Positions 1-10,339 of a stretch of DNA of 20,000 nucleotides are shown in pieces (position 1 is the first letter of the stretch; each line of letters opens with the position of its first letter). The DNA is taken from assembly GCA_050230475.1 (NCBI GenBank), contig JBFLGF010000072.1, forward strand, positions 52,640 to 72,639, read 5' to 3'. The position numbers and the translations under genes were made by a program. The notes beneath the pieces were generated by a model. The model did not search any database, was not told the origin of the DNA, and was given only the letters and a program-made list of their open reading frames with translations. Source of the DNA: Ancylonema sp. (Eukaryota).

Positions 1-597
1 TTTCCACCGCAAGGATTCGCGTATCCACCGTACGGGTAAGGAAAAGTTTGAATTACCTTAAAGAGGACGGTAGTTATATCCCCTCCTCCCACTCCCCTGC
101 TTGTGCAGATTTCAGGGTGGATACCCGGATGGCTACGGATATCCCCAGGTTAGTAGATTCTTGTAGCCGCGGCCCAGAGTTTGCGCCCCTTCGCCTCATT
201 TCTGAGGGCAAATTGGGGGTGACGGGGCTTGCAGGGGATGTATGCCTATGGCAGTCCGCCATTTGGGGGGCCGCCTGGCATGTTTGGGGGACCAGGAGGG
301 GTCTCTGCCAGCATGTATGGCCCATTCCCAGGCTACGGGCCGGGGGGTTACCCTGGGCCGCAGTCTTTTGGGCAAGGGTCGGGAATACAGATGGGGGTGG
401 CGTCTCTGTACGGAAGCTCGGGAGGTGGGGGAGGAGGGCCGTTCAGTGGCAGTCAAATCCCGGTTCCGTCCCCCAGTCCACAGGACACGCAAGGTAGGAG
501 GACGACTTGAGTCGGAGTTGTTAGAGGTGGGCACACATTTGAGAACAGCGAGCTGAACTCCTCTCTCTGTCGATGGGCAGGTGCACAAGGCAGCTGA
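1..597 (+). CDS. 3' end of a spliced gene with a Gly/Pro/Tyr-rich low-complexity C-terminus (5' part outside window); exons 1-35, 109-148, 235-493, 581-597
   Basis: Three GT-AG introns (36-108, 149-234, 494-580; 73-87 nt) join in one open frame: FPPQGFAYPPYG-FQGGYPDGYGYPQ-GMYAYGSPPFGGPPGMFGG...PSPQDTQG-AQGS*. TGA at 595-597 is followed by a second TGA. If the last intron is unspliced, the stop is at 508-510. No globular domain is visible. Confidence 0.8.
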
Positions 598-1780
598 TGA
601 CCCCAAAACCCCACTGTACAGTAAGTAGCAGGTAGCCTAGTGGTTGATGTGGGAAGGAGGTGGGGGGGGGTACCCCCCAGGTGTAGGAGGACGTAAGTAG
701 GCCCCATACTTCACAACGTTTCTGGCTCTCTCAACTTATTGCAAAGGGGCTTTGGTGCTCACTGTTTCCGGGGAGAAACTCATTGCACAGTCGCCGCCAC
801 CGACTTGAAGGGGGTCAAAGAGGTAGATATCAAGACGGGCAGCCATTCGGTCACATTCCTCCCATGTATGGCTAGCCAGCTAGAAAATGCTGCCACTCGG
901 GACTCGGTGTAGATATTTGTATCAAGAAGGTGTCTTGAAAGATTCCTTCGCGCTTCAGGCGACGGCATGTATTCCCATGTAGACCCGTGCACTTTCCTGT
1001 CAGATGCCCCAAGACCCGTGAGCATAGAATGTGCGTCCTGTGCCGCATAAGTTGTTTCTAATCTTAGAGTATGAGGCATACCACAACTCAACCGCTATAT
1101 GTAGACCAATCGCGGGTGCTCGAAGTCAGTTTACAACTCTAATTCCCTTGTGGTCCTCGCCGTTTTTTGTGTCATTCCATTATTATTAGTATTCACAAAG
1201 TCCGATGACACAAAAAAGATAATATATGCACCACTCTGTTGCATATTGCGTACATCGATTCTCATGAAATGTGGCGGTCTTCTATGGACGGCATATAAGC
1301 CGTCGATATTGGGACACGAGTGACATGAGTCCCTTTGAATTTGAAGAGACTTCGTGATTCACGGATGACCCTGTCAAAAAGAGGCTTGCATGTATGTGAA
1401 GCTAATCAAAAGAAGGCACCTCGCATTTCATATCCGTACAGATTCCAAAGTGACTCAAAGTTGTTCAAGCAACCCGTGCATCGTAGAGAGCGCACAATGG
1501 CTCGGTTGATTAGGATGACAATATCACAAGAATGTAAATATTTTTGCCGCCAACATTGCAATCCCCTAAGATATGTGCAATTTTGTCATTGTATCGACTT
1601 TGTTATTTCGACTATTATATCGACTTTTTTCCTAAACGCCAAAACTCCACCGATAAAAACATTATGAACCACGCTGTAGGAGACCACAGAACGAGCTTTA
1701 TTATTGCGGGTTTCGTATATGAAGTGAAAACTATCTAAATATATATCCTCTAGCTGGATATGCCACAATTATCAATACCG

Positions 1781-3610
1781 TACTGGCCATACATTATGAC
1801 CCGAAAATAATTTTTGAAAGGGTGGGTCGGGCCATACTAAAGAATCCATTTTTGGGGGTTGGGTCACGCCATAAACTCCGAAATTTGGCGCAGTTGGTCA
1901 ACATCGAAAAATCGATTTTATTCGTTTTTTTGCTCAAAGTACACATGTGGTCGGATCCGGTCGCCCAAGATTCAATCGTGCTCCGGTAGCGGCCTAATCG
2001 ATCGTCATTGGTTTCCTTTCGCAAATTTAGGGGCGGGAATGGAGACGTCGGGGAATAATTAAGGTGTACATTTTCCTTACATTTTTGCACCATGCACAAG
2101 TCAAACATGATAAACAACTTAGAGTTTCCAGATTTTTATGCCACGGTACACCTTTCAAAATGCCGAAAAGTATGGAAAAAACCGAAAGCATGCGGATATC
2201 TCCCTCCACACACTCACTTACCACTCACTACGCACTACTCATACTCGATCACTATCTACTCTTCAATACTCTTCCACTTCATCCTTATTGTCCTCGTTGT
2301 CCTCTTCCCGCTCTAAATCTATCAACCAGACATGTGATTCGTGCTCCCCGCCCTTCTCTCCCTCACCCTCCATCTCCTCCTCATCCACCCTCACCTCGTC
2401 CACCCTCACCTTTCCCTTGCGTTTCTTGGTTTCCTTCTCCTCCTCCTTTCGATGGATTTCGATTTCGAGCAGTTGTAGCTGATTTCCTAGCATCATACTC
2501 CAACTTATAGTCGGCATTTGCTTTTTGTTCACGTAATCTACATTCAAAGCATTCGCATTTATCATTCGCATTTATCATTCGCATTCGCGAAATATATTTG
2601 TTTAACGGATCTCTTTTCATAACGATCATCGACAAAATTTAGCACGATTGTGGACTCACAGTTTGTGTTCATGGCTCATAGTCCGCTGCAATCTGCGGCC
2701 GCGATCTTGAGCCGACAATGCACCGCACCGAGATAAGGCCTTTAAACGAAAGTGAACGAACGAACGGCGAATATATTTGAGATTATCAAATGAAAGTAAA
2801 CTATTAATTTGTTGTAAAATGAACGGAGGAGCAACGAATCAATTTGAGAAAAAGAAAAGTGAACGGATTTTTTAGTGTAAAGTGAACGGATGAACGGCGA
2901 ATAAGTCTGAGATGAAGGAGAGTGAACGGATTTTTTATTGTAAAGTGAATGGATGAACGGCGAAAAAAACAAAGATAAAGGAAATTGAACGGATTTTTTG
3001 GTGTAGAGTGAACGGATGAACACCGGATAAATTTGATAAAATAGAAAGTGAACTGATTTTTTGGTGTAAAGTGAACGGATGAACGACGAATAAGTTTGAG
3101 ATGAAGGATATCAAACAGTTTCTTTTTTGTAAAGTGAACGGATGAACAGCGAGTAAAGTAAAACAGAGATGAATAAATCATAACGGATTTTTCGGTGTAG
3201 AGTGAACGGATGACCGGCGAAGAAATTTGAGAAATGGAAAGTTAACGGATGAACGGCGAATAAATTTGAAATTTGAAATAGAAAGTAAACAGATTATCAG
3301 TTAAGTGAACTCTGTAGTGAAAAAAGAAACCGGAAAAATCATGAAAAAAATGATGGCCGAAAGTTACTCCCTCAGTGTTTAGAGTACCATATTTAGTATG
3401 GTACTCGTGCGGTAAAAATTGCGCGGGGTGGGTCATTGGGGTGGGTCATTTTGCTTTCCGGGTCACGGTATAAAAAATATTTTTTACCTGGGTCACAATT
3501 TTGGGTCACGGGATAATGTATATATATATTTTTCCCGGGTCAGGTTGGTGGGTCACCACAAAAAGATTTTTTTATTTTTTCCCCCCCCGGGTCATTATGA
3601 ATGGCCACTA
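1781..3610. mobile_element. Non-autonomous DNA transposon, hAT-like (about 1.83 kb)
   Basis: Terminal inverted repeats TACTGGCCATACATTATGACCCG (1781-1803) and CGGGTCATTATGAATGGCCACTA (3588-3610) match at 20/23. Subterminal GGGTCA motifs cluster at ~1820-1870 and 3430-3595. No intact TSD (CAATACCG vs CAGTCCTT) and no recognisable transposase, so the superfamily is inferred from the TAGTG-type end. Confidence 0.65.
2751..3310. repeat. Tandem array of about 9 units, 63-bp period, built from TGAACGG motifs
   Basis: AGTGAACGGATGAACGGCGAATAA-like unit starts at 2751, 2818, 2881, 2944, 3007, 3070, 3133 and 3201, with degenerate copies near 3240 and 3304. Five consecutive spacings are exactly 63. 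Confidence 0.92.
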
Positions 3611-6600
3611 CAGTCCTTCGAATGTTGAACTCGTAACGAAATTTCAGGTAATTGTACGAACATAAAAACGCTTTTCTACGCGAGTACAAATGTTTCCACG
3701 AGAGCTTCTACAGTGCTCTGATGTAGGTGTTGCATTTCCATTTGTAAATTATAGCTTACCACACGCCCAAAGATTCGATGGCATAAATCCGCGAGTCCAA
3801 ACATTGTTCTTAGAGACAAGCTCGCAAGATCCCCCTACAAAAAAAATTGTAGACGCATTTTATTTTGTCTATTTGTTAAAAGTATTTCACCCATTTGTTT
3901 TGGTTTCTTATATCGGGAATTTATCATGAAATGTATGTAGTACTCACCATAATTACATGTAATCGAAATATTAGGAGTAGGAAATGAGATTTGAAACCTG
4001 GATCTCATAAATTCTCGTATGGCACCATATGGGAAGACTGGTGACGTCGACAGATTAAAACTTCAAAAATCGAGCGAAATTTTAAATATGAGATGGAGAA
4101 ATACAAAAAGAAGTAGGCGAAAGACAAATATGCCGTGCTAATATTTCTGGTGGAGGTTATCAATCCTAATGATACATTGAGGGGCTAGTCGGGGTTATAC
4201 ACGGATCTGGGTTATATACAAATGGGTAATATACGAATGGGTGTTCGCTCGTAAATACATACGGCACGGTTCGGGCTACGAAATGAAGAAAATATTCCAA
4301 TATCATGAGGGGAGACCTAGGCCGCACAGATATAGTTCATTAAGAAAAACGCACGGTGAGTTAGAGAGGTGGACGCCACGCCGACGGCGGGCACATAGTA
4401 TATGGTGCTCGCATGTTGTGAGCGAGAACGGTCATTTGAACCCTGAAGTCTTTAATTAGCGTGTATGTGGTATTCCATTAACTACAACAAAATGAATGAT
4501 ATTCGATTTATGTAAACGGTGTAATATTGTAGATCACTTCCACGACAATTCAAACTCTCTTGTTTGCGTTAACAAGCTATACGTTTTTGTTATGCGTTTG
4601 TGCAGAAATCCATGTATGGCAAATCGCATGTAGCATGCGGACGGGCGGTGCTTGTCGTCTCTGTAGTACGCAGTGCCGAGTAGATGTTATGTTTGCATGG
4701 ACCGGCATTTTTTATTTTCTAGACCGCGGTAGGACCGGGTCCGGATTCGGAATCCGGTCGGACCGGAGAGCTCTTAGGGTTTATTTGCTTGTCTGTCTCT
4801 TCGCGTGCAATAACATTATTAAAACACTCAAAAAAAAATGGAGTGTTCTTACTCAAGCTTTTATTGGTCAAGAGGTTGATTTTTGGTTTTTTTTAAATGG
4901 TATGGATTGTTGCATACATATTCACCCTCCGATCATTCCATCTGAAAAGGATGACGAGTCGGTAAAGTAGTAATATAAGTATGTTAAGTACATATAATAC
5001 GCCACTAAAATCGCTCTGCCGAATTCGAGTGCTCCATTTGGAACAAAAAATGGATAAAAAAAATAGAGAGGGAATGGTATTCACACGTATGACCATTTAG
5101 AAATTATGAAGGATCACTTATGTGTATTATTTCACTATGATGTGATGACTACTTCACCTTCCAAAAAATGTGTAGAGTTGTGTAGTATTCTATAAAAATA
5201 CGCATGGCTGAATCGAAAGATGTCGGATCATGTTTTCATGCGTGTAGTTGAATATTAGATGTAAGTCGAATAGTTTGGGAGGATATACAATTGAGTTTAA
5301 CAAACTTATATCATCGATTGCGTAAATAATATGTTGATATGTTACTAATATTCATATTTGAATGCAAATCATTCTAGTATGTTATTTAAAAAAGACTGCA
5401 TGAAAAATAAATAAGAAATGGTACGCATTCTTATCCCAACCAATTGGGTAAGAAAATCTCCCCAGGTGTTATTTCAAAGGTTTCTAATAATAAAATAGGC
5501 TCCTACTCCTTAGCATTCTAGGTTTTCATAACTTATTCGTTGTAAAACAAAATTATATGTTTTTTTTTACTTGGTACAATGCAAATGAAAAAAAAAAAGA
5601 GCACATTTTTTTGTTTTTTTGTTTTTGGGAGTTATTCTCTACAGAAAGCCTCTTGGACCAACCAACCCTAAATAGAAGGTCCAATTTTTTGGCCTACAAA
5701 GACGGACCACGGTCTGCAACCGAGACCTCGGAATCCCAGTCCGCTATTCCGTGCAACTTTGGTGAAAGTCCACTTCCGGGCACGTACAAAGTGTAGCGTA
5801 CAATTTGCTTTGGCAAGGGACAATATTTTTTCCCGTTCCTGGTGCGGTAGAGGGGCGAAGATCGTGAAATTACATTGTAAATTACCATGTAAATTACCCT
5901 TCCGAGTCCAAGCGCAAAAACGCGTTCAACAAGCCATTAGGTCCATCGGCTCCCATGGCTTCATCATGTTGGCCAAGTTTGGATGACTAGGACTCCTCTG
6001 TCTTATCTTACTCCTTTGATTAGAGTGTGGGAAGCCAAGAACCTCAAGACCCCATGAGATTTGAGCTCATGGAGCATTGCGAGCCCGGAGCCGAGCCAGA
6101 AGCCACGAGCCTTGAGACCAAGGGTCAAGCATCACAAATTTTCGGCAGTGACGGCGTTTTTAATGTCGAACTTCGACAAGAACACACAAACGCATCGATA
6201 CATCATATGTCACATAGAATCAGATAAACGTGTTTTCGAAAGGCATCGCTCTTCCATGTCGTCCAAATGATATTTTTTTCTCTCCAAATATCTTATGATT
6301 ATTCGACTCCCACATCTTCGTGAAAACTCAACAAAATATTTAAACATACAATATACACATCTAAAGCATCAAGCACAATTGTATAGAAGTCATGTTATCC
6401 GAATCATGATACGTACGTCCAATCATAGACGGATCACATTTAGCAATCTCGTCATGTGGTGTTCACTCAAATCGGTTTCGAGTCCTTATTGCTAAATCTG
6501 ACTGCGATTGAAATGTGTTTTTTCAAACCCTCGTTTTGTTAAAAAAGACAAAGACACTAATTGAGAAAGTCTTTAGTAAGTAATAAAGATTTAAAGAAAT

Positions 6601-7438
6601 TTGGTTAAAAGTTGTCTACTGCGTATACGCGACATTCATGTTGGGTAAGTGCACGACGCGACTAACATGCCTCGAAGAAACGTTCATCATAAGTCATTCA
6701 TATGTATGCATGCATGGGCGCGCGATATAATCATGTTAACGTCCAATCCCAGAGAATGTATTTTTTCTCCATTGATTTGTTATGTTTTTTTATATGTTTA
6801 GGGCATTGGGGTCGGGCGTTCGGGCGTTGGAGTCCGGGCTACAAGTTTCATTTTGGACTCGGCTGATCCTCTGGATCCGGGCTCCCGAATTCTAGCATTG
6901 CGCCCACAACCGTTCCGCGCACGGACCGGTTGTTGCTTCGTTCTCCAGACTTTCCACTTAGTTGTTGCATCGTTAGGGCATTGCTTATGGACGATGAATA
7001 ACCAGATGAATATGAATTAATCATTACCCGTATTCATCACCATATGAATAATTCGGGGTCCCGCCGATCCATTCCGGTCCGGTTTTGAGGTCCTACTTAC
7101 GGCAAATGAATAAATGCCGTTTAACGCATCTTCCGCTATGCACGAAATAATTTACACGTGTGATTGCCACGTCGGTAAACCTACAGTACCCTTATAATGG
7201 TACCCCCGACAGCAGCGACTAGTCTCCTCGTTCCTGCCGCCTCTCTCGCCTCCTGGACTCAAAACATCGGTTTAGCGCAGACTCTATCTCGGTCGAGTCG
7301 TTGTCAATCCTTCGTCTTGAAAGTTGACTTCAATCAATTGAAAAGATATGTGTGGAGAATGTGCAGAGGTATCGATAGTGACTCTACGAGTAGGGAGGTG
7401 AGATTGAGCAAGAAGAGCGTGATACACGGCGCGCGTCC

Positions 7439-8143
7439 ATGACAGCGAGAATAGAAAATCTGAAATTCAAATTAGTCGGCGGAGGACATCATGCGAAGCG
7501 GATCATGAATTACGAGGAACAAAAGACTGAGACGAATGCTTTTTGGTTTATAGCGAAAGAGAAAGACGAGGACGGTAATTTTATTCAGGAAGAGGTACTT
7601 TCTAAATTTTCAGATGATAAATTTGAGATGCGAATCAGAATGCCGAGACCCTTGTTCATGAGGCTGATCAAAGAAGCCTCTATTCCAGGGAACTGGGTGC
7701 GCCTACTTTACGAACGGACCGGAAGGGCCGGACGCGGCCGGAAAGTGGGGTGTCATCTGCCTCCCGAAGATGTTTGCATCGTTCAAGCAGTTGGCTTATG
7801 GTGTCGCGGCAGACGCGATTGAAGAGATGCCAAGTGCATACATTGTTTTACAACTTTTGATGTTATGAAATGCCCTATGCATGCTCCACAATATGACAAT
7901 CTGGTACAAACAGGAAGTAGTGGTGAGATGAGAGGCGTATTAGAGTTGAGCGGACTTCGCGTACTAGGCTAGCTTGTGAGGGTCCCATTTGATAAGTACT
8001 TCACTTACCAAGTTCGTGTCCAGAATACGGGGAGTCACAATGCTCTTCAACTAAAACTCATCGAGCATTTGTGGAAAGAGAAGCCCCACATCTTGGCTAG
8101 ACGTGAAGCTAGAAGGGCAGCTAGGGGGAGAGGGCAAATCTAG
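7439..8143 (+). pseudogene. Pong/PIF-Harbinger transposase remnant, frameshifted and internally deleted
   Basis: Across frames it reads FEMRIRMPRPLFMRLI, then (shift near 7690) AYF..PDAAGKWGVICLPKMFASFKQLAYGVAADAIEE, then ALCMLHNM (~7871-7895) and VQNTGSHNALQLKLIEHLW (to 8074), with TAG at 8141-8143. These match recalled plant Pong-type motifs FRRRFRMxRxLF, DAxGxxG..QK, LAYGxxAD, CxxLHNM and DLxEHLW. The DDE core between them is missing. The start coordinate is approximate. Confidence 0.9.
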
Positions 8144-8258
8144 GACACTTCTAGGAAGGGGATAAGCCCCATTGTATATATGTGCCGAATTTGACAGACA
8201 AGCCCCACTCTACAAAGTTGTTAATAAGTGTTTGAACTCCCGTCCAACATTGCGTAAT

Positions 8259-8714
8259 TTGTCACTATTGAGTATTTGGACTCTTTGGCATTGCTTAAAG
8301 GTTTTTGTGTGGTTCACTCCAATAATGCAGAAGTGCAAATTGTGACAAAAAAAACACCTTTCACATTACTTAGTATCTCAGATTGAAATGAAGACATATG
8401 ATTCCCGTTGAATCGAGTCATGCTTGTAACGTCATAATGTATATGTTGTTCTCTCAATTTGAGCACGAGTGAATTGGACTGAAAACCGGGACGGGCCATC
8501 TAATTTTCTCACATCTAGGCTTTCTTACGCGTAATAATGTTCACTACGCTTTGACACAATTGTATTTGCCATTCTTGAGTTTGTCGACTCTATTGCATTG
8601 CATTGACATTTTGCCCATGTTCAAACTCATACTGAAGTGCAAATGTGACAAAAACTCACTTTTAAAAATGGCAATGAAACATATCATTACCATAGTCCGA
8701 GTCATGCCCCTAAC
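8259..8714. repeat. Degenerate direct duplication (~8259-8430 vs ~8566-8714)
   Basis: Collinear shared blocks: TTGAGT..GACTCT..GCATTGC, GAAGTGCAAAT(T)GTGACAAAAA, AATGAA(G)ACATAT and CGAGTCATGC..TAAC. Confidence 0.8.
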
Positions 8715-8767
8715 AATGTTTTCGCACTAATTCCCCCATCTAGAATAATATTTATCATACATTGCAA

Positions 8768-8947
8768 TCACTTCCCCCGTTCTACAACAACGCAATCAAT
8801 ATCTTCAATTCCCCCATCCTCTTCATCTGAATCTTCTGGGACATCCTCCAATACGATAGAGGAGCTCCAGTCGCTCTTGGGGCAAGTATGACTAGGGGCG
8901 CACGAGCTAGCGGGAGTCAGGAAGGATCACCGGGGATACAAAAGGGC
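8768..8947 (-). pseudogene. Degenerate terminal-exon-like segment with an acidic tail, inside the Harbinger element
   Basis: A TGCAG acceptor (AG at 8948-8949) is followed by 60 codons, ALLYPR*SFLTPASSCAPSHTCPKSDWSSSIVLEDVPEDSDEEDGGIEDIDCVVVERGK*, with one internal TGA at 8927-8929. No family recognised. Confidence 0.3.
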
Positions 8948-9034
8948 CTGCATTGAGGAGTGAAACAGGTTTGTTTTGGCAAGGGGGGGTTGATCACTTC
9001 CCGTGCTCAATGCTGAGTTTGTGTATAGCCACGA

Positions 9035-10230
9035 AACCTTGTGCTCACGCTACAGAGGTGAGAGGGGGAGGGGGGGGTTAGCACACATCTAGATTAGGTA
9101 ATAAAGGTGTGAGGGGGGGGAGGAAGCTATGCGCACGACTAGTTTAGGTACGGAATGATGCTTTCATATATATACATACATAACTAAATGCTGTGGTTCT
9201 ACACGTGATAGGGGGGGGAGGATGCGTGCGCACATCTAGTTTAGGTACTGAATGATGCTTTCATATATACATACATAACTGAATATACAGGTTATTGAGG
9301 TTATTGAGGTTATTGAGGTGATACAGGGGGGGGAAGGCGTGCGCACGACTAGTTTAGGTTCTCAATGCTGTTTTTATTAATATACTTTTTGAATTGCATG
9401 CTGGTTGTAGAGGTTATATTGGGGGGGTGAGTATAGAACCTGAACTTTTTGTGGTTATAGAAGTGAGAGGGGGGTAGGGAAGACGTGCGCACGACCAGGA
9501 ATGTTACTGAATGCTGACTTTGTATATAAATATTAAACTTTTTAGTGATTACAGAGGTTGGAGGGGGAGGGGGGGTCACCTTTTGGTGGGAGAGGCACAC
9601 CTCTGCACACTGACAAGAACAACTCAACTTTGTACTCACGCTACAGAGGCGAGAGGGAGAGGGGGAGGGGGAGGGGGGGGCCATGCGCACAAACAGTTTT
9701 GGTAATAAAAGCAGAATTTATATATACGTACTAAAGTGAATGTTGGTTATCGAGGTGGGAGGGGGGGGGGGAGGCCGTGCGCACGGCTAGTTTAGGTACT
9801 TAATGATGATATTATATATAAGTACTGAATTGAATGCTGGTTACACAGGTGATAGTGGGGGTAGGGAGGCGTGGTCATGAGTAGTTTCGGTACCTTATGT
9901 TGAGTTTATATATACAGACATAACTGAATGTTGGTTGTAGAGTTGATAAAGGGGGGGGGGAGGCGCGCGCAGAAGTAGTTTACGTACTGAATGCTGACTT
10001 TATGATCAGATACTGAATTGAATGCTCGTTCTAGAGGTGATAGGGGGGGGGGGAAGCCGTGCGCACGATTTGTTTAGGTACTTTATGCTGAGGTTATACA
10101 TACACACTGAACTATTTACTGATTATAGAGGTGAGAGGGGGAGGGGGAAGCAGTTCGCACAATTAGTTTATGTACAGAAATGTTGGTTATAGAGGTGCGG
10201 GGGGGGGGGGGACCTTTTTGTTGGAGAGGC
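9035..10230. repeat. G-tract minisatellite (about 94-bp unit, at least 11 copies) arranged as two higher-order blocks of about 600 bp
   Basis: Unit is AGAGGTGA-(G)n-GTGCGCACGACTAGTTTAGGTACTGAATGxTG-TATATA-ACTGAATGxTGGTTA. GCGCAC-type cores lie near 9081, 9131, 9228, 9341, 9487, 9686, 9779, 9873, 9966, 10061 and 10155. Both blocks start CTCACGCTACAGAGG and end ACCTTTT..GGAGAGGCA. Confidence 0.9.
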
Positions 10231-10339
10231 AGAGCAACAATTCGGCGGCTCGTTTTTCGTCCACCATACACCCCCCACCATTCCCCCAGAAATTGGCGAT
10301 TGGATGGTCCTCGTGGCACTTCTTCAAGCTTGTCATGAT
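10214..10339 (-). pseudogene. Isolated exon resembling CMC2/Cmc1-family twin-CX9C COX assembly protein; probable captured gene fragment
   Basis: TGTGCAG acceptor and AAG|GT donor bound an open 126-nt phase-0 exon: IMTSLKKCHEDHPIANFWGNGGGCMVDEKRAAELLLCLSNKK. It resembles the recalled plant CMC2 pattern IIxxxxKCHxDHPxxKFFGxC...CxxxEK, but the Cys spacings are expanded (Cx15Cx12C) and no intact first exon was found. Confidence 0.5.

Noticed and set aside
780..1768. ORFs 780-1091 (-) and 1335-1667 (+)
   Set aside because: Non-ATG starts, no recognisable domain and no consistent exon chain.
2751..3310. CRISPR-like repeat/spacer reading of the 63-bp array
   Set aside because: The variable segments resemble each other, the repeats are degenerate, there are no cas genes and the context is eukaryotic. 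The repetitive minus-strand ORFs (2742-3023, 2804-3181) arise because 63 is divisible by 3.
4725..4772. GC-rich palindrome CCGGATTC-G-GAATCCGG
   Set aside because: Probably a scrap of a CCG-motif MITE. No matching TIR pair or TSD could be defined.
5640..5660. TA-CAGAAAGCCTC, resembling a Tc1/pogo-type terminus
   Set aside because: No partner inverted end found in the window.
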